From a virus (taxonomy: Duplodnaviria; Heunggongvirae; Uroviricota; Caudoviricetes), in the IMG/VR virus record IMGVR_UViG_2585427774_000009, positions 1 to 25,822 of that record: a stretch of DNA of 25,822 nucleotides, one strand, 5' to 3'. The position numbers and the translations under genes were made by a program. A model generated the notes under the pieces. It did no database searches. It worked only from the letters and a program-made list of their open reading frames with translations, and was not told the DNA's origin. Positions 18,195-25,822 of the stretch are shown here, in pieces. The stretch's first letter is position 1. Every line of letters begins with the position of its first letter.

Positions 18195-19105
18195 TATCGA
18201 ATTCCTTTATTCAGTTGCGCCTTGAGCTTGCGGTACGTCTCTACATCCCCTTTGTTTGCTGCCGCTTCCATCTGCTTTTCAATCGCAGAGATATTTGCAG
18301 CAACAGCGTGTCCCTGAATGGGTTCATCAGGTAACGGGGCTTCTGAAACAGGCTTGGCTCGAGGCTTGAGAGTTAAACGTTCTGACAGTCGAGTGAGTTC
18401 AATCAGCGCGGATTGCCCGTCCATCGCCAGCAACTGGCGTGTTTTCTCAGGATTAGCACCAAGGTGATACATGAGAGCAGCGGATTTCTCCGGGAAGAGG
18501 CGCATGATGTCGGCACCGACTGCTGGCGGCACCAGTTGCATGAATGCGTCCTCTTTCTCCTGATAGTCAGGGATATTGAGCTTTTCCGCTGCGTCGTAGT
18601 GCTTACGGGCTGCCTCGACGTATTGCGCTGATTGCTGGGTGAACTCCTGAGTTTTGCGACCCTGCTCGGCGACAGCCTGGCTTCGTGCGTCCATAGCCTT
18701 GATCTGCCATTCACTGTTTGCCTGCTGGAAGGCAGCCAGTGCGCGGCTCTGGTCATAGTCGTACTTAGCCAGTGCGTCTTCGGAAAGATAATCGTTAGGG
18801 TCTGGTTGTTTTGGTAACTCAGGGTTCACCCGCAGGTGCTCCGGCAACTCTCCACGCTTAACCGCTTCCATCTGCTGCTCAAGCTCACGCTGGCGTTTGC
18901 GTTCGATGCGGCGACGGGCAAATTCAGCATTAGTTGCCGGGTCTTGTTTTGGTTTCTCATCGTCTTTCAGGACAATCTCGAAGCCTTCTTCCTGACCTGC
19001 GTTGTCGTTGGCATTATCGACAACTAAGCCATCAGCAGATGCCGCTGCATGATTGCCGGGCATGGTTAATTCTTCAGAAGCCTGAATGTCGGTGGTTTGG
19101 TCCAT
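18194..19105 (-). CDS. Scaffolding protein, P22 gp8-like
   Basis: 303-aa ORF, the same length as P22 gp8; highly charged and helical, with a basic helix-turn-helix-like C-terminus; syntenic between portal and coat. Confidence 0.85.
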   Translation of the reverse strand: MDQTTDIQASEELTMPGNHAAASADGLVVDNANDNAGQEEGFEIVLKDDEKPKQDPATNAEFARRRIERKRQRELEQQMEAVKRGELPEHLRVNPELPKQPDPNDYLSEDALAKYDYDQSRALAAFQQANSEWQIKAMDARSQAVAEQGRKTQEFTQQSAQYVEAARKHYDAAEKLNIPDYQEKEDAFMQLVPPAVGADIMRLFPEKSAALMYHLGANPEKTRQLLAMDGQSALIELTRLSERLTLKPRAKPVSEAPLPDEPIQGHAVAANISAIEKQMEAAANKGDVETYRKLKAQLNKGIR

Positions 19106-19118
19106 GGTTAACTCTCTC

Positions 19119-21284
19119 TTATTGAGGTGTCTCGGCTACTCCGCCGGAGGGGATTTGAACTTGACGCATAAGATTCGCGAAATCCATGCGTTGTGAATGA
19201 GTCTGGTCTGCATCTTTAAGAAGCAGCTCAGCGTTAGCACGAGCATCTTTGCTGCGCTGTTGCTGGAATTGACCTACGAGCTTGAGGTACTCACGCAGTT
19301 CTGCCTGCTTGTCGAGGTCCATATTGTTGAAGATTTCCGCAATCTTCGCGGCGTTGAGTTGGTTTTGGGCTTCAACCTTGGCGGCTTCAACCTGAATCTG
19401 CGCCTGTTGGTTCTCTGCCTTGAGCAATTCAGCCTGACCTTGCAGAAGGATACCCTGCGCCTGAATTTGCTCTGCTGATGGCTGCTGCGGCTGCTGTTGA
19501 GCCTGCTGTACCATCTCCATCTCTTCAGGTGTTTCTGGTTTCTTCAGCCCCATCATCACCAGTTGCTTGTTCGCGTACTCTCGCATCATCTCGACGCCTT
19601 TACCGTCAAGCAGCGTGAAGTATTGCAGCATCAGCATCTGGAACTCTGGAGTACCTTGTGGAACCTTGGTGAGTAACTCCTGAATCTCTGCGCGGTTCTG
19701 TTCCTTCATACTCTGGAAGGATGGTCCAACGTCTGTATAGCACTCATAGCGACCGCGAATGTCGTTGAGTGTGACCACATTGCCGGACTGGTAATCTACA
19801 ACTTGCGCGTAGAGTTGAACGTCTTTCTCGCTTCCGTCTTCAAGAGTCAGCGTTACATGGCGAGGAACGTCATAAATATCGTTGACCATTGAGGCATAAA
19901 TCTCGCCATCACGTCGCATTGCGGTAGCCAGGTTATCCTGAAACACGTATGTCTCAAGGTCTGCCCGCATGTTCAGTTGATTGACGGTATCGAAAGCGAC
20001 CTGACCATTTGCCGCCTGCGCATCCACGCCAAGACTAGCTACCTCTTTCACTGCGTTGGTGGCAGCCTCAAGCATGTAAGCGTTGGCTTGCGGCACTTCA
20101 GGGTTTTCCATGTAGGAGATTGGACCAATCGGCAGGTCGTTACCGTTTTCATCGGTCTTGTTCTGCAGATAGTACGGATAGTCATCATTTCCTCCGTACA
20201 TGTATTCGTAGCCTTCGATTTGCTCAGGGAAGAAGGTCGGTTTCTTCTTCGGTGAACGAGCAACGATATCGGCGTTGAATGACATGATCATGTTACGAAG
20301 GCGTTGACCGTCTTTCGTCAGCCTTACCACTCCTTCGTAGCACTCCTTGTCACCAGCGAATGACCATTCGCCGTACACTGGAACGATTGGGATATGCTCT
20401 CCAGCTATCTTCTCGCGGTCTTTCAGTATCTGCGTGCAGGTGATGATCGACTTATACACACGCCGACGCTTGACCTTACGCTCTGCTACCTTAATGAATC
20501 CACGATTAGCCAGGTCGTCGATGACGTCTTTGATATCCTGCTGGAAATAGCTGACCGGCTCACCTGTCAGCGGGTCGCGGTAGATGAAGACTTTCTCCTT
20601 CTTCTCTTCTACCTCGTAATACTCAGCGACGTAGACGACATCATTCGATACCCACGGAAACAGCCATGTATCGTTCGGATTCTGGAAAGATGGCAAGGTA
20701 TCCGGATCAATACCGTAATCCTCTGCGAACTCTTTCCAGCCATTGCGTGACAAAGCGTTAATCACCGTGCAGTGCTTAGCGTCGCTCTTATCCATCTGCT
20801 TGCTATTGGCGTCCCATATGACGTGTGAGCAGGCTTCATGGATTGGCAGGCGTCGGATTACCTGATTGTTGCTTGTTGCGTCGTTGTCTTCGTACTGTGT
20901 GACCAGACGCCATGCGCCAACGCCGGACTCTATCTGCTCACGAACGCCAACGTTAACGGCAATTTTTGCCGTGTTATGGCGCATATCAGTACGATACATT
21001 CCCATCAACACATCGGCAGCATCAGGATTAGCGCCGTCTTTTGGTCTGAAGAGAACGTCGATAGGGTTACGGCGCATCTCTGCGACCAGTTTCCTGACAA
21101 CCGGGCGGACAACATCGAATTGTCCGCGATATTGCAGGGTGGTGTAGTTTGATAGCCAGTCATCCCATTGCGACACTCGGCTAAAATACAGGTCATTTGT
21201 CGCCTCGGTTCTGGCTTCATCGCTCGCCATCCAGTCCGCGTCAAACTTACACAGAATGGAATTGAGTCTGTTTTCGTCGGCCAT
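19119..21284 (-). CDS. Portal protein, P22 gp1-like
   Basis: 721-aa ORF; size and position match P22 gp1 (725 aa); Gln-rich helical C-terminal barrel region ([19 protein letters not shown]...); immediately downstream of the large terminase gene. Confidence 0.9.
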   Translation of the reverse strand: MADENRLNSILCKFDADWMASDEARTEATNDLYFSRVSQWDDWLSNYTTLQYRGQFDVVRPVVRKLVAEMRRNPIDVLFRPKDGANPDAADVLMGMYRTDMRHNTAKIAVNVGVREQIESGVGAWRLVTQYEDNDATSNNQVIRRLPIHEACSHVIWDANSKQMDKSDAKHCTVINALSRNGWKEFAEDYGIDPDTLPSFQNPNDTWLFPWVSNDVVYVAEYYEVEEKKEKVFIYRDPLTGEPVSYFQQDIKDVIDDLANRGFIKVAERKVKRRRVYKSIITCTQILKDREKIAGEHIPIVPVYGEWSFAGDKECYEGVVRLTKDGQRLRNMIMSFNADIVARSPKKKPTFFPEQIEGYEYMYGGNDDYPYYLQNKTDENGNDLPIGPISYMENPEVPQANAYMLEAATNAVKEVASLGVDAQAANGQVAFDTVNQLNMRADLETYVFQDNLATAMRRDGEIYASMVNDIYDVPRHVTLTLEDGSEKDVQLYAQVVDYQSGNVVTLNDIRGRYECYTDVGPSFQSMKEQNRAEIQELLTKVPQGTPEFQMLMLQYFTLLDGKGVEMMREYANKQLVMMGLKKPETPEEMEMVQQAQQQPQQPSAEQIQAQGILLQGQAELLKAENQQAQIQVEAAKVEAQNQLNAAKIAEIFNNMDLDKQAELREYLKLVGQFQQQRSKDARANAELLLKDADQTHSQRMDFANLMRQVQIPSGGVAETPQ

Positions 21285-22784
21285 TTAAGTTCTCCGTGCG
21301 ATGGGCCTGATTGGGGCTGGTATCTTTTTCTCTTTTGGTTTTTTGATGTCGCGCATCATTTTGGCGAAGCGGCGCATCATGTATGCATAGCGAACGGCTG
21401 AGAGAACGTCGTCGTTAAGCTTGACGATTTTCCCGTTTTCATCACGGTGATAGAGGCGGAACTCCTCAAAGAATGGCTCACAGGTGTTGAATACTTTGAA
21501 GCGACCATCGAGCATCATGTCGCGCAATTCAGTGATGCCAGGCTCAACAGCATTACCGCCATCAGGCCATGTCGCATGCTCCTGTAACATCATAAATCCA
21601 GCGTCTGCATACTGCCCTTTGAGCTGCTCACCGCCGCCCTTCTCATGCTGGTTTCCGTCATGAGGCCATGCGGTTGGCACTTTATGCGCCCATGATTTAA
21701 CGGCTCCCCACGCCTGAACGGCTGTTTTTTCTTTCGCCTTCCACACGCGTGAAACGTAGATTGTGTCTGCGTCCTTATCCCACCAAAGCTGAACCTGCGC
21801 CTGTGGGTGATCCCATCCGAAATCCATCCCGCCAATTACGTAGAAGTGATCAGGGCACTCAAACGGATGACACTTAATCGTCTCTTCCGGTATCTGGAAG
21901 ATTCGACCGCTACCCATCGTAGGAATACCGCGAGCACGCGCCTCTCTCTCATGTTCAGGATAGGATGCGATGATTTGCTCTTTCTGCTCGTCGGTGTAGT
22001 GCTCAGCGTCATAGATGGTCATGTTGACCACTTTCTGCGACTTGCTGGGATTCTTCAGGAACTTGGTAACAACGTCAGACATCCCCATCAGCGGGGTAAA
22101 CGTCAGAATTGAGAATTGCCCGTATTTGTTGGTACGGGTAAGCCCTTCGCCATAAATGCTGTATGGTGGCTCTTCGTCAAACCACACGCCGTGGATTGTG
22201 TCACCCTGCCAGCGAGCGCGGCCTTGCGAGTATGGTTTGAAGTAGCAGATTGAAATGCCATCTTCAACGCCATCAGCCGTGTGATGCTTAACCAGAAGAT
22301 GATCAACAAGGTTCGGAAAGAAAGGAGACTTCTTCCAGCTAATGATGTCTTCTTTCGGTATGGAACCGTAGCCAGGTTCATCATTCTCTTCGATACGACC
22401 GCACAGGATGCGTTGAGTCGTTTTGGTTACCGTCTCGTTTGTCTCGCCGCCAATCCAGAAGACAACAGGCTCATAGAAACGCTTACCTTTCCACTCACCG
22501 CCATATTTACCATCAGCAGGATAGCCTTTTGTGCCCGGATAACGCCCTGTAAGGTGAAACGCGACTTCGGCAGCACCAGTAAATGACTTACCAAGCTGGT
22601 TACCAGCCATAAAACAGCGCTCTGGATAGTCATGCCCGGCGTCGATGAACTCACGCTGTTTGCTGTATGGCGTAAATTCATATAGCAGGTGTGTGTTCCG
22701 GTAGTTCTCTTCTTCTTCGAGTAGCTCGAGCAATTCGATTTGCTCTTCGTCGCTCAGGTTATCAAGAATCGCGTCCAGTTCCAC
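21285..22784 (-). CDS. Terminase large subunit, P22 gp2-like
   Basis: 499-aa ORF, the same length as P22 gp2; N-terminal ATPase region with a Walker-A-like GNQLGKS motif; C-terminal nuclease region; overlaps the small terminase gene. Confidence 0.9.
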   Translation of the reverse strand: MELDAILDNLSDEEQIELLELLEEEENYRNTHLLYEFTPYSKQREFIDAGHDYPERCFMAGNQLGKSFTGAAEVAFHLTGRYPGTKGYPADGKYGGEWKGKRFYEPVVFWIGGETNETVTKTTQRILCGRIEENDEPGYGSIPKEDIISWKKSPFFPNLVDHLLVKHHTADGVEDGISICYFKPYSQGRARWQGDTIHGVWFDEEPPYSIYGEGLTRTNKYGQFSILTFTPLMGMSDVVTKFLKNPSKSQKVVNMTIYDAEHYTDEQKEQIIASYPEHEREARARGIPTMGSGRIFQIPEETIKCHPFECPDHFYVIGGMDFGWDHPQAQVQLWWDKDADTIYVSRVWKAKEKTAVQAWGAVKSWAHKVPTAWPHDGNQHEKGGGEQLKGQYADAGFMMLQEHATWPDGGNAVEPGITELRDMMLDGRFKVFNTCEPFFEEFRLYHRDENGKIVKLNDDVLSAVRYAYMMRRFAKMMRDIKKPKEKKIPAPIRPIARRT

Positions 22785-23250
22785 GGTTGAATAGCTCCTT
22801 GATACGAGAGCGTCGCTTATCGCGATCTCCCTTATCAGGTGTCACGTCTTCAACTTGCGACTGCTCTTTGAGGCCCAAATCACGGGCGATGATGTTAGCG
22901 TTGAGAAGGTCAGCGGCTGCGCCAGAGAATTTCTGGTCGTAGATGATGTCTTCCGCTCGTGATGTGACGTCAGAAAAACCTTCCATTGACCGGAAGGTTC
23001 CCCATGTTTGCCTGGTGATATCAAGGAAGGTACACAATCCTGAAATAGTCATGGCTCGCATCTTAGGGACATTAGCCTTAATTATTTCTCCCTGATATGA
23101 AAATACCTTACCCTCCCATAGCGGGTTATCATCAGCCCACTCGAAGTATTCACAACAAGCAGCCCACAGCGCCTCAGGCGATTCGAATTTAGGGTTTCGC
23201 CCATGACTACTGCGGGCCTCCCAAAATCGGTTGCCCTTTGGTGCTGCCAT
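22762..23250 (-). CDS. Terminase small subunit, P22 gp3-like
   Basis: Track [43 protein letters not shown]...; the start at the third codon gives 162 aa, matching P22 gp3 from memory, including the conserved C-terminus [24 protein letters not shown]. Confidence 0.85.
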   Translation of the reverse strand: MAAPKGNRFWEARSSHGRNPKFESPEALWAACCEYFEWADDNPLWEGKVFSYQGEIIKANVPKMRAMTISGLCTFLDITRQTWGTFRSMEGFSDVTSRAEDIIYDQKFSGAAADLLNANIIARDLGLKEQSQVEDVTPDKGDRDKRRSRIKELFNRGTGRDS

Positions 23251-23285
23251 ATTCATCTCACTTAATTGTTATTTCAGGTTGAGCA

Positions 23286-23528
23286 TCATGCTCCGGTAGT
23301 GAACAGGTCTAACGCTTCCTTCGATTTACGCACCGCTTCGATAGTGCGGGTCGTGATATCTGAATTAGCGCCACCTGACTGGAAGTGAATTTTGAATAGC
23401 TCAAGCTTCAGCTCGTCAGTACCAATGAACTGAAATGCTTCTTCTGCGGCTGCGTTCTGGTTCATGACCAGTTTGTAAATCTCTAACTGGAATTTCTGTT
23501 CTTCAGTCATGGGAATAATCTCTGCCAT
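23286..23528 (-). CDS. Hypothetical 80-aa protein (position and size of P22 orf80)
   Basis: 80-aa ORF directly upstream of the small terminase gene; I recall an orf80 at this position in P22 but cannot verify sequence identity. Confidence 0.5.
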   Translation of the reverse strand: MAEIIPMTEEQKFQLEIYKLVMNQNAAAEEAFQFIGTDELKLELFKIHFQSGGANSDITTRTIEAVRKSKEALDLFTTGA

Positions 23529-23774
23529 TGTTGGCTCCGTTTATCCGTTAAAAGGGATATCAGTTAAGTTATCCCGTGTAGGGTATAAGCCATTGTCGAG
23601 ACCATTCATTGAATGGCCTCTGCAATAACCGATGTCTTTCCATCAGTCCGCCACCACAAAGATCTTTTTTGCCATAAGGCTGGAGGTTCATCTTTCAGTG
23701 GCTGCCAGTGTTATTTCCCCACTTACTGGCTTGGGTTGTTTCGCTGTACTGCCGTTAATTGGTGAGTCCGGGGA

Positions 23775-24260
23775 TTATTTCAGTTCGTTACCTGGCATTT
23801 CTTTTAGCTCTTTCAAATGACAACGATTGAGGCTAAACCACTCCCCGTGCGACCTATAGTTGTAATATTTTTGGTGCAATTTGGTTTCAAGCTCTCTATC
23901 GGCCGGAATCTTTGCAATTAGATTTAGCTTCCCACCACTCATGCGAGATATCTCTGAAATCCGTTTATTAACCCTGCGACTAAACCCTATTTTTGTTAGC
24001 CCACTATCTTCAGCATGCAGAACGTACACATATGATTTTTGCGAAGCACTGGGTGCGACTTTGTTGTAATTAATCATGTCAAACATGAAGCCTTGCTTTA
24101 GCAAAGTTTCAAAAAAGATAGAATTAACACACCCATTCCTTCTCAGCTCTGCACTTAGCTTGTCAATTTCCTCTATGATGTCTCCAGACCCCTTTCCACT
24201 TATAAGAAAATCTTGGTACATGCGACCAATTCTTGAGGTAATTTCAACAAAGTTATTCAT
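23775..24260 (-). CDS. T5orf172-like (GIY-YIG-related) domain protein with a short N-terminal extension
   Basis: 161-aa ORF; C-terminal part SYVYVLHAEDSGLTKIGFS.R...RISEISR....KLNLIAKIPADRELETKLHQKYYNYRSHGEWFSL fits the T5orf172 pattern (YVY.L...g..KIG.T......R.......E..lH.......GEWF) as I recall it; AT-rich coding sequence. Confidence 0.6.
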   Translation of the reverse strand: MNNFVEITSRIGRMYQDFLISGKGSGDIIEEIDKLSAELRRNGCVNSIFFETLLKQGFMFDMINYNKVAPSASQKSYVYVLHAEDSGLTKIGFSRRVNKRISEISRMSGGKLNLIAKIPADRELETKLHQKYYNYRSHGEWFSLNRCHLKELKEMPGNELK

Positions 24261-24403
24261 AGCGTTTACCTTTTAGAAAGATGAGCCTGTTCGCACAGAA
24301 AAGCCGCCCCGAGATGGTCGCTACCATATACGGCAATTCTCAGGCTCAGCTTTCTGAAAGACTCGGGATTGTTACGCGCTGCGATGCGCGGTTTACTGCA
24401 GAT

Positions 24404-24430
24404 GTAAAAAAGCCCCGCGAATGCGAGGCT
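24404..24430 (-). terminator. Putative rho-independent terminator downstream of the lysis cassette
   Basis: Minus-strand RNA AGCCUCGC-AUUC-GCGGGGCU (8-bp stem with one G-U pair) followed by UUUUUA; read directly. Confidence 0.4.
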
Positions 24431-24604
24431 AAATCCTGGTATTTGTAATGAACTGGCTCTTATCTCAACGCAGCCCCTTACCGCGTGCCATATGCTCAAT
24501 ATCAAGCATCAGCAATGAGATGTTTAATCTGGATTCACTCCAGAAGTGATCACCACCCTGTCTACAGAGCCAGATGTGAAGGATGATGAGTAAAATTATC
24601 GCTA

Positions 24605-25042
24605 TCATCGAAGGCATTGCGTCCTGATGTATTCCTGCAGGTAGTTAACCTGCGCGGTTATCCTGTCGATTCCACTTCGGAGACGGTAATAATTGAGTTC
24701 AGCATCTGCTGTAAGTCTTGGGCTTTCTCCATCGCCCATGCTGCTGGCTCCGGTCGTTGACTTTGCACAGGTGGCGGCGACTTGCAGGCGCTTACGACCA
24801 GCAGAAACATCAGCACGGAGACTTTCGATAGTCGCGTTAGCATCAGCAAGCTCCTTTGTGTATCTGGCATCGAGTTCAGCTACATCACGTTGACGCTTCT
24901 GCATATCAGCGATGATGGATGTGGCTTTATCGCGCTGCTCTTTGTAGGTCATGGCGTTATCACGGTAATGATTAACAGCCCATGACAGGCAGACGATGAT
25001 GCAGATAACCAGAGCGGAGATAATCGCGGTTACTCTGCTCAT
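24605..25042 (-). CDS. Rz: i-spanin Rz
   Basis: 145-aa ORF with an N-terminal TM anchor ([18 protein letters not shown]) and a periplasmic coiled-coil; start overlaps the endolysin stop; contains the embedded Rz1 frame. Confidence 0.85.
   Translation of the reverse strand: MSRVTAIISALVICIIVCLSWAVNHYRDNAMTYKEQRDKATSIIADMQKRQRDVAELDARYTKELADANATIESLRADVSAGRKRLQVAATCAKSTTGASSMGDGESPRLTADAELNYYRLRSGIDRITAQVNYLQEYIRTQCLR
24658..24843 (-). CDS. Rz1: o-spanin Rz1 (lipoprotein), embedded in the +1 frame of Rz
   Basis: Embedded ORF; the chosen start gives [20 protein letters not shown], a lipoprotein signal peptide with a lipobox Cys, followed by a Pro-rich mature region ([16 protein letters not shown]); start codon choice uncertain. 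Confidence 0.65.
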   Translation of the reverse strand: MLTRLSKVSVLMFLLVVSACKSPPPVQSQRPEPAAWAMEKAQDLQQMLNSIITVSEVESTG

Positions 25043-25515
25043 ACCTCAATCTCTCTGACCGTTCCGCCTGCTTCTTTGAATTTTGCAATCAGGCTGTCAG
25101 CCTTATGCTCGAACTGACCATAACCAGCGCCCGGCAGTGAAGCCCAGATATTGCTGCAACGGTCAATTGCCTGACGAATATCACCGCGATCAATCATCGG
25201 TAAAGCGCCACGCTCTTTAATCTGTTGCAGTGCCACAGCGTCCTGGCTTTTCGGAGAGAAGTCTTTCAGGCCAAGCTGTTTACGGTAAGCATCCCACCAA
25301 CGGGAAAGAAGCTGGTAACGTCCGGCTGCTGTTGATTTGAGTTTTGGGTTTAGCGTGACAAGTTTGCGAGGGTGATCGGAGTAATCAGTAAATAGCTCTC
25401 CGCCTACAATGACGTCATAACCATGATTTCTGGTTTTCTGCCGTCCGTTATCAGTTCCCTCTGACCACGCCAGCATATCGAGGAACGCCTTACGTTGATT
25501 ATTGATTTCCACCAT
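25039..25515 (-). CDS. R: Endolysin R (lambda-type lytic transglycosylase)
   Basis: 158-aa [42 protein letters not shown]..., essentially identical to lambda R as I recall it. Confidence 0.9.
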   Translation of the reverse strand: MVEINNQRKAFLDMLAWSEGTDNGRQKTRNHGYDVIVGGELFTDYSDHPRKLVTLNPKLKSTAAGRYQLLSRWWDAYRKQLGLKDFSPKSQDAVALQQIKERGALPMIDRGDIRQAIDRCSNIWASLPGAGYGQFEHKADSLIAKFKEAGGTVREIEV

Positions 25516-25822
25516 CTTCTACTCCGGCTTTTTTAGCAGCGAAGCGTTTGATAAGCGAACCAATCGAGTCAGTGCCGATATAGCCGATGAACACGCTCGT
25601 TATATAAGCGAGATTGCTACTTAGTCCGGCGAAGTCGAGAAGGTCACGAATGAACCAGGCGATAATGGCGCACATCGTTGCGTCGATTACTGTTTTTGTA
25701 AACGCACCGCCATTATATCTGCCGCGAAGGTACGCCATTGCAAACGCAAGGATTGCCCCTATGCCTTGTTCCTTTGCCGCGAGAATGGCGGCTAACAGGT
25801 CATGTTTTTCTGGCATCTTCAT
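25499..25822 (-). CDS. S: Holin S (lambda S107/S105 dual-start holin)
   Basis: 107-aa [37 protein letters not shown]..., matching lambda S including the Met1-Lys2-Met3 dual start; the start codon is the last three bases of the window. Confidence 0.9.
   Translation of the reverse strand: MKMPEKHDLLAAILAAKEQGIGAILAFAMAYLRGRYNGGAFTKTVIDATMCAIIAWFIRDLLDFAGLSSNLAYITSVFIGYIGTDSIGSLIKRFAAKKAGVEDGGNQ

Noticed and set aside
22762-23250. P22-type pac site expected inside the small terminase gene
   Set aside because: I could not confidently match the P22 pac sequence from memory to a position in this gene, so no coordinate is reported.
24266-24505. 79-aa minus-strand ORF between the T5orf172 gene and Rz
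   Set aside because: Spans the predicted terminator hairpin, has no convincing ribosome-binding site and an odd composition; the interval is more likely non-coding apart from the 50-aa ORF discussed in the findings.
1-25822. CRISPR arrays, rRNA genes, IS elements or integrons
   Set aside because: No regularly spaced direct repeats, no rRNA-like sequence, and no transposase-like ORF or terminal inverted repeats were seen on reading the window.

Overview
This window is the chromosomal yfdC-argW junction of an Escherichia/Shigella-type genome followed by about 24.7 kb of a mosaic lambdoid prophage. Left to right: the host FNT-family transporter gene yfdC (+), tRNA-Arg argW (+), an IntS/P4-family integrase (+), then an accessory slot holding (i) a LexA-box-controlled two-gene operon whose second product is a UmuD'-like protein lacking the protease core and (ii) an AT-rich, translationally coupled two-gene cassette of unknown function. 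The rest is on the minus strand in P22-like late-operon order: tailspike, the immI region (ant, arc, with mnt divergent on the plus strand and both operators readable in the sequence), a basic hypothetical protein divergent from a secreted small protein, ejection proteins gp16/gp20/gp7, gp14, tail needle gp26, gp10, gp4, coat, scaffold, portal, large and small terminase, an 80-aa ORF, a T5orf172-like protein, and a lambda-type lysis cassette (Rz/Rz1, R, S) that starts exactly at the window end. No rRNA, CRISPR array or IS element was seen. All homology calls are recognition of protein sequences from memory; nothing was searched or computed beyond reading the sequence and the ORF track. The best candidates for an undescribed system are the two-gene cassette at 3232-4104 and the divergent gene pair at 8020-9576.
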